A stretch of DNA of 59,611 nt, counting the filler, from Sanchytrium tribonematis (taxonomy: Eukaryota), in the NCBI GenBank assembly GCA_018985235.1. It is 8 parts of 8 records of this genome, joined end to end, with 100 filler letters (N's around TTAATTAATTAA, not from the genome) between each part and the next. Parts side by side here need not be neighbours in the genome. Positions count along the whole stretch, not along the records: positions 52,306 to 59,611 come from JADGIG010000443.1; 7 more parts are not named here. One strand, 5' to 3'. The stretch's first letter is position 1; each line of letters starts with the position of its first letter. The notes under the pieces were generated by a model that saw only the letters and a list, made by a program, of their open reading frames with translations, had not been told where the DNA came from and made no database searches. Shown here in pieces: positions 53,536-59,611 of the stretch. The translations under genes were made by a program, and so were the position numbers.

Positions 53536-56500
53536 TTACAAATCTATAGTTCCCCTGCTACCTTGCCTTAATCTTTCCAGTGTACTCCGCTCTCCTTGAG
53601 AAAAAGCATAAGTCGAGAATTTTTTATCCTTAAGTCTCTGCAAAAACTTGACCTTGTCCACAACTTTTGTTATTTTAGATTTTTTAGGGGTTTTTAATTC
53701 TATTGCTTGTATCTCCTGAGCAATGTGATATGGCTCAAATTTAAATATGCGCTTGTACACTTTCCAAAATATATCTCTAAACAAGTTGACCATGGGTATG
53801 AGTGAAATAACTAGATAAAATTTTGGATTTGTCAGTAAAATTTCAGATACACCAACAATTTCGAGACCAATATTGATGCTTGGAGCTAGTGCACTATACG
53901 AATAAATGAAGGCAAACCAAATAAATACACTTCCAAAAATAGATACATAAAAAATCCAATTCCACCAATTTATAATAACTGCTGCTTTAAAGTTAACTGT
54001 AATTAAAATAGCAGTATACATGGTCACACCTATCATATATAGACCTATACTGTTGCCGCTATATTCCATATCAACATCAAAAATTGCATAAATAATAAAA
54101 AAGGATGTTGCAGAATGAAAAATTGCGTTTCCGATATACGACCAATACACTTTAGGACTGAAGAAGGTCCCTAATTGCCCACTTTTATATAATTGAGGAT
54201 ATTTGTAAATAATATTGTGACTAACGATTTGCTCAAAAACTCCGATATACATCGGTTGAAATGCCGTGAATAACAAATTATAAAAAGAAACAATCCAAGA
54301 CTCATAAATGGATTGACCACTAAAGTAGTTTGTACAAGCAAACCAAAATTGTGTCAAGTACAAGGTGATATTTTTGTAAAAGAAAAATAAAACCAACTTA
54401 GAGATTCTATGATGATTCCAAACTCCGTGTATCAAAAGAAGTTGTTGCAATGCCTTGAATTCATTAATTGAAATATCCGAAGTTCTAGCTGCCTGACTAC
54501 CTTCCTTACCCATGATTCCAATCCCAATATGGGCTTCCTGAATCATTGAAACATCGTTTGCGCCATCTCCAATGCTGAGAGTAATTTTGTTCAAATATTT
54601 TTTTACCAGGGCAACAACTTGGGATTTCTGCAACGGACTAACTCTGCAACAAATTACAGTTTTACAAAGACATGCTAATCTTAAAAATTGCACTTCATGC
54701 TTCAAAGCAAATTCGAGGCTGGCACCTGTTATAACTAATGCTAAAGGATCTCCTTGTGATGTGTAATCAAACTGGTCTACTTCTTCTCCTATAAAGTAAT
54801 TGTTCAATTTTGTCAGAAATGACTTTTTGATATTCAAATCAGGTTTTTTGTACTTGTACATGCTGTGGTAAGTTTTAAGATTTTTTTTAAATAATTTTTC
54901 ATCATCAAAATTAAATACTATGAGTTCCATATCATGTGTCAGCAATTTGCAAGAAAATCCAATGTTTATGGCAGTTTCCAGTTTATCACCTGTGAGCACC
55001 CACAATTTAATATTTGCATTCCTAAGTAACTCTATTGTTTCGCATACTTGTTCTTGAAGTTTATCTTCAATTCCTGTGCATCCAAGTAGAGTCATTTTAG
55101 ACTCTAATTCTTCAACCAACTTGATTTTTAAATCCGATGTTGGGTTGTTTTTGAAGTCGTGTAGCCACTTGTACGCCAGATCTTTTGATAATTGTTTATA
55201 GCAGCAACATAGAGTTCGCAATCCTTCGTTGCTATAAACTTGCAACTGATCTAATATATGATCATTCTGCTTACAAAGTGGTAGAATTACAGAATCGGCA
55301 CCCTTACAAAGAAGGAAAAACTCATCATCAACTTGACAAAGCATGGACATTCGTTTTCTGTCGCTATCAAACTCATTTATATGAAGAACTTTCAATGTGG
55401 TCCTACTGTGGTGATGCTCCACAATTATAGTGTCACTGGTTCTATCCAAAAGTTTATAGCCCATCAAGACTGCTCCTTTCACCAAAGCTAGCTCATCTGG
55501 ACTGCTTGCTTGATATTCCTTGTTTATAATGACAGTGTGACAAGCACTTAGAATCAAGAGGAAAAAATGAGTATGTTTATCTTTGTTTACAACGATCCCT
55601 CCAAATTGATTACTCAGCGAGTAGTTTTTGTCTATTATTGCAATCCTTTGAAGTTCCATTACATTTTGAGTGAGAGTCCCGGTTTTATCACTGAAAATAT
55701 ACTCTATTTGACCAAGTTCTTCAACCAAAGAACTTCTTTTAACATTTGCTGTCATCAACTTGTCGTTGTTTATAAACATCGCAAGTGCCGACTTTACTAT
55801 TTCAACGGTCACAATTAAACTGATAGGAATGACATTATTGAGCAATATGACAAACGTCAAAAAATCTTTGCCTTCTTGAAGAGAGGATTTGTCATTACTT
55901 GTGTAACCTGATGAAAACTGAGATTGGATGAAAGAACTAATTCCAGCAAGTAAAATCAGAAGCAGAATTAAAACTACTAAATAATTGTTGGTGCTATGCA
56001 TAACTTTTGAGGTCTTGATTGGAGTTTCCTTTGAATTTAAAATGACCTTGGTATCATTACCTGCGAAGACAACAAAACCGTAAACATACGAGGTGTTTTT
56101 TAAAGTGCAGCCTCTGGGAATAAAATTATGGGGAGTTAGTGGTACCTCTTTCGAGTTGATTTTAAGTATGCCCTGAAAATCTTCAATATTTGGAGTTGGA
56201 TCGTCTACTTGACAACTAAGTCTTTTAATTTTTTGCATTTGAGTCTTAGATATGATCGACGACTTACATTTAAGATTTGTCTCACCATCCAGTGCCATAG
56301 TATCTACATATGCCTCAGGATCACTAGCACATAAAACAATAATATCAGCGGGCACAGTATCTTTATCTTCAATTCGAACAATATTTCCAGATGTAAGATT
56401 TTTTCTATTGGTACTCTTTAATTCGTTAAAATGAACAAAATACAAATCACTCTTTGCAACATAGGTCTCTTTTTTAAGATTTTCGCTTTTATCGAAGGTT

Positions 56501-56757
56501 TGTCGCCGTCTATCCTCAATCATTTCCTTGACAAAACTTGCTGCTATAACAAACATCAAAGGCACAAGAGTAGCATAAGGTGATAATGGAGATACATTTG
56601 GAATTAGCTGAATACATGCAGTAATCAGAAAAAATAAATTAGCGTAATTAGAAAATTGCTCCCATAGAAACTTAAATATTAAGTTGTAATAAGTATATTT
56701 GGCAGTGGATATCTCGTTATCATTCCCAGGTATAAATTTGACGGGAATTTCTCTCAT
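53536..56757 (-). CDS. P4-ATPase phospholipid flippase (Drs2/ATP8A-like)
   Basis: LDGETNLK, PISL, DKTGTLT, SPDELALV, TGDKLETA, CCRVSPLQK and GDGANDVSMIQ. Confidence 0.95.
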   Translation of the reverse strand: MREIPVKFIPGNDNEISTAKYTYYNLIFKFLWEQFSNYANLFFLITACIQLIPNVSPLSPYATLVPLMFVIAASFVKEMIEDRRRQTFDKSENLKKETYVAKSDLYFVHFNELKSTNRKNLTSGNIVRIEDKDTVPADIIVLCASDPEAYVDTMALDGETNLKCKSSIISKTQMQKIKRLSCQVDDPTPNIEDFQGILKINSKEVPLTPHNFIPRGCTLKNTSYVYGFVVFAGNDTKVILNSKETPIKTSKVMHSTNNYLVVLILLLILLAGISSFIQSQFSSGYTSNDKSSLQEGKDFLTFVILLNNVIPISLIVTVEIVKSALAMFINNDKLMTANVKRSSLVEELGQIEYIFSDKTGTLTQNVMELQRIAIIDKNYSLSNQFGGIVVNKDKHTHFFLLILSACHTVIINKEYQASSPDELALVKGAVLMGYKLLDRTSDTIIVEHHHSRTTLKVLHINEFDSDRKRMSMLCQVDDEFFLLCKGADSVILPLCKQNDHILDQLQVYSNEGLRTLCCCYKQLSKDLAYKWLHDFKNNPTSDLKIKLVEELESKMTLLGCTGIEDKLQEQVCETIELLRNANIKLWVLTGDKLETAINIGFSCKLLTHDMELIVFNFDDEKLFKKNLKTYHSMYKYKKPDLNIKKSFLTKLNNYFIGEEVDQFDYTSQGDPLALVITGASLEFALKHEVQFLRLACLCKTVICCRVSPLQKSQVVALVKKYLNKITLSIGDGANDVSMIQEAHIGIGIMGKEGSQAARTSDISINEFKALQQLLLIHGVWNHHRISKLVLFFFYKNITLYLTQFWFACTNYFSGQSIYESWIVSFYNLLFTAFQPMYIGVFEQIVSHNIIYKYPQLYKSGQLGTFFSPKVYWSYIGNAIFHSATSFFIIYAIFDVDMEYSGNSIGLYMIGVTMYTAILITVNFKAAVIINWWNWIFYVSIFGSVFIWFAFIYSYSALAPSINIGLEIVGVSEILLTNPKFYLVISLIPMVNLFRDIFWKVYKRIFKFEPYHIAQEIQAIELKTPKKSKITKVVDKVKFLQRLKDKKFSTYAFSQGERSTLERLRQGSRGTIDL

Positions 56758-56815
56758 CAATAAATGTTTCAAAAATGATGGCAAAATCCTATCTATTTTT
56801 ATTTATTAAAAAATA

Positions 56816-59255
56816 TTAAATATCCATCACAATGAATATGTTCAAAGTTTTGTCCTCTCTCTTTTCAGAGTATTGAAGGGAAGTCAGCACATCATTATCA
56901 TTAAGAATAAACACAGTTGAGCGATCTTCATCCTTGTAGTACTTCACTTTAAATCTTGCGGCGGCTTTAATTTTCGTTTGTATCCTGCTATAAAATTCAG
57001 CATACGTTAGTGATTTTTCTGTTATCATAAAAGCATAATGGTCATTTTGCACATGAATCTTAACTTTAATGGGTTGTAATGGTGTTTTGACTTGTTCCCG
57101 ACCAAGTGATGTTGATTCCACGGTTCCTGATCGAATTCTAAATTTATCGGATGGCGGCAAAGGTGCCTTTCGAGGAGAATTGTAAGTTGAACCTTCATCA
57201 ACTGCAGACGAGTTTGGTCTTTTAGGAGATTGTGCCGCGACTGATTTTGGTCGATCGGAACCCAACGGCTGAACAACATCATCAAGCTTAATTTGTGGTG
57301 GGGGACTTGGTCTTGGAGGTGCCTTTCCAATATTAGGTTTTTTTTCTTCCTTGGACAAACCTTCGTTTGAAAAAATGTGAGGGTAATCATATGGCGGCGG
57401 CGGTTTATATGAGGGTATTGGCGAGGGCATTTGTGCTGCATATGATAAAGAAGATCGTCTGCGTCCAAGAGTAGAATCCATGGACCTAGCTTGTTCGTAC
57501 TCAGCTTTATCCTCGGTATTATCAAAAAAAGATTTTGCATTAGGTGGGTTTTCACGCAACTCGACCTCTGGTGGAGGTGGACGTGGTGGTCTTGTCTTAT
57601 TTGGAGAAAATTCTTCATCGTCGTTGTCAAATTTTAATTGTAATTTGTTGGGAGCAATGCTTTGCTTCTTTTTCTTCCGATCCTTTAATTTTTCCAAGTA
57701 CCTTTCTAAAGTAGTTTGCCAAAGCTTGAGCTGTTCCTCGTTCCTACACTTCAAAGTGAAAGACTCCATTTCCTGACTTCTCCAAAAAACTTTCAACATA
57801 AATTCATCTAAATTAATAGCAGATACCTTTTGTAGTGCAATTGACCACGCCACTCACATTCCCAATCCATATTCTACCTTTGATTTGAAAAAATGTTTTG
57901 ACATTGCCCGACTTTTGTTTGAATGGTCGTAAAATTGATGTGCTCTGATTTTCTTTGCAGCATAAAATTATTCTTTCGAACAAATATACCAGTAGTTCTC
58001 TTTCTGTGTCGTTTACTAGCATCAAAAATTTGTCATGTAGCAAAAGGTCGCCAAATGATGACGGGTCATGCCCCTTCCATTCATCAACCCTCTTTTCCAA
58101 ATCTTCTTTAATTGCCAAATTTTCCTGCTTTCTTCTAACCTCGTTCACTCTGTCCGCAGCCTTTTTGACGCTTTTTAATCCAAGCTGCAATTCCTTATGT
58201 AAAGGGGCTTCTGCGTCTAGTTTAGAATGCTTAATTATCTCGTTGATTAATAATGGATATTTGCAAATTCTTTGTATAGGTTTTATAAGGTAAGAGGGAA
58301 GTTCATACGTACATTCCATTAAGTGATTTGCTTGAGACAAAGCAGGTGCCTCTGACTCTGTTAATTCTATTGCTTTGTTATAATTTTTACAAAAGTTGTC
58401 ATAAACTGAGAAAGCTGTTTCTGTTTGAACAAACAAAGCCCCAATTCGCATTCGCATATCCATTTCACTTGACTCGTCCATTAAAATTTCTGTGCAAATA
58501 GAGAAGCGCCTTTGAAAATCAACTAGTGCAGGTAAGTTGGCAAACAATACTTCAACTATTTCGGAGCTCAAAACCTTAAAATTCACAACATAAATTTGAT
58601 AATCAAGTAGTTTTTCAAGATCCTTGACATACTTCTTTTCTGTTTGAACCATTTCTGAAAAATTCTTACTCAGAACTCCATCAATTGCTATTCCACTTTT
58701 AGCACTGACACTTGATCGAAAATCTATTCTATCGTCATCGATGATCTGCTTTTCTACTAATATAAAGATAATTTTTTCTAAAGAATATAAAACTTTGGTA
58801 AACCCAGCAATGTCGTCATGATATAATTCACTAATTGTAAATAATTCAGAGTCAGCCCACCGTAAATTAGTCTTACAGGATACAATACAATGGTAGACCT
58901 GAGCTTTACATTGATTTAAATTCTGAGACTGCATGGCTGCTTCCCAGTTTTTAATTTCAATTAATTTATCTTTTGGTAAAATAAAATTCAAAAGTAAACA
59001 GAGAGGATCACCGGATCGTGTCAAGGTCCACAGAATTGATATTGGATCAGGTTTTCCTGTAATTAAATGTATGGGAGTCGCACAAACAAATAGAGTACCC
59101 AATTGCTCTACTGGACAAGCAACTGAAAAAGGAATGGATGCTGGACGTCTACTTAATTTTGAATCTATATAAGATATGAAATATTGAAATTTTGGAATCT
59201 GGTTTAATTGCTTTACGATCCTGCGCGATCTTTCGTAAAGACTGTCCAATTTCAT
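56816..59255 (-). CDS. CDC24: Cdc24/Scd1 Rho-GEF (CH-DH-PH-PB1); join(59255..57827, 57807..56816)
   Basis: SLYERS..L, CH region, DH (TEKKYVKDLE..LIKPIQRICKYPLL), PH (YLFERIILCCKE) and PB1 (IKVK..KVKYYKDED). Confidence 0.9.
57808..57826 (-). other. 19-nt intron GTATCTGCTATTAATTTAG
   Basis: Removal gives AAA G|AT GAA TTT ATG TTG AAA GTT TTT TGG, completing the PH domain. Confidence 0.87.
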
Positions 59256-59566
59256 TAATTGATGGAGTGGTGTTTCAAGATAAAATTTTACAGCCGAATC
59301 AATATTAATGCGCACATTTTCAAACAGTAAATCACGGCATACTTTTTGTGGCCGTTGCTGTTAATTAAGAATGGCGTTTCTAATAATTTGAAACAAAAAT
59401 CTCTTGCAAGAAGATTATGCGAGAAGCCATATCAAATTGATGAAATTCATAAATATAAATCGCAGAATTTATTAAAGAACACTACAGATATAGCGTTTCA
59501 AACTCTTATCTCCATGAATCCGCCAAAAAATTTGTTTGATGACATGCAAGATTTTATTTCAGGTGC

Positions 59567-59611
59567 CAGTGCTAAAAGTGGAATAGCAATTGATGGAGTT
59601 CTGAGTAAGAA
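59567..59611. repeat. 45-bp inverted duplicate of 58663-58707 at the window end
   Basis: CAGTGCTAAAAGTGGAATAGCAATTGATGGAGTTCTGAGTAAGAA is the exact reverse complement of 58663-58707. Confidence 0.92.

Overview
This is eukaryotic DNA, not one continuous locus. Eight ~7.3-7.4 kb contigs in descending length order are joined by artificial 100-bp linkers (44 N + TTAATTAATTAA + 44 N), so adjacency across linkers is meaningless. The genes point to a very compact, AT-rich, early-diverging fungus-like genome using the standard code: a myosin-motor-like (chitin synthase type) domain, Cdc24, NoxR, PTEN, MICU, Arp2, eRF3, a P4-ATPase, Argonaute and tRNA-Ala. The taxon, and whether all contigs come from one organism, are inferences. 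Main signals: (1) five ultra-short 19-20 nt GT-AG introns, four of which restore conserved proteins, all with an A 6 nt from the 3' end and an in-frame stop if retained; (2) a tandem array of seven paralogous orphan genes with a minimal signal peptide, pro-domain, Kex2-like KR site and a Cys-rich loop usually flanked by two hydrophobic helices, with shared CRE-like upstream motifs, a candidate new effector or toxin family; (3) a GC-richer Ty3/Gypsy element with a large unexplained insert between RNase H and integrase and an extra downstream ORF; (4) a transposon graveyard (Gag, Harbinger, LTR pol, pogo); (5) an inverted chimeric end typical of MDA amplification. All calls come from motif recognition by eye; no database searches were run.
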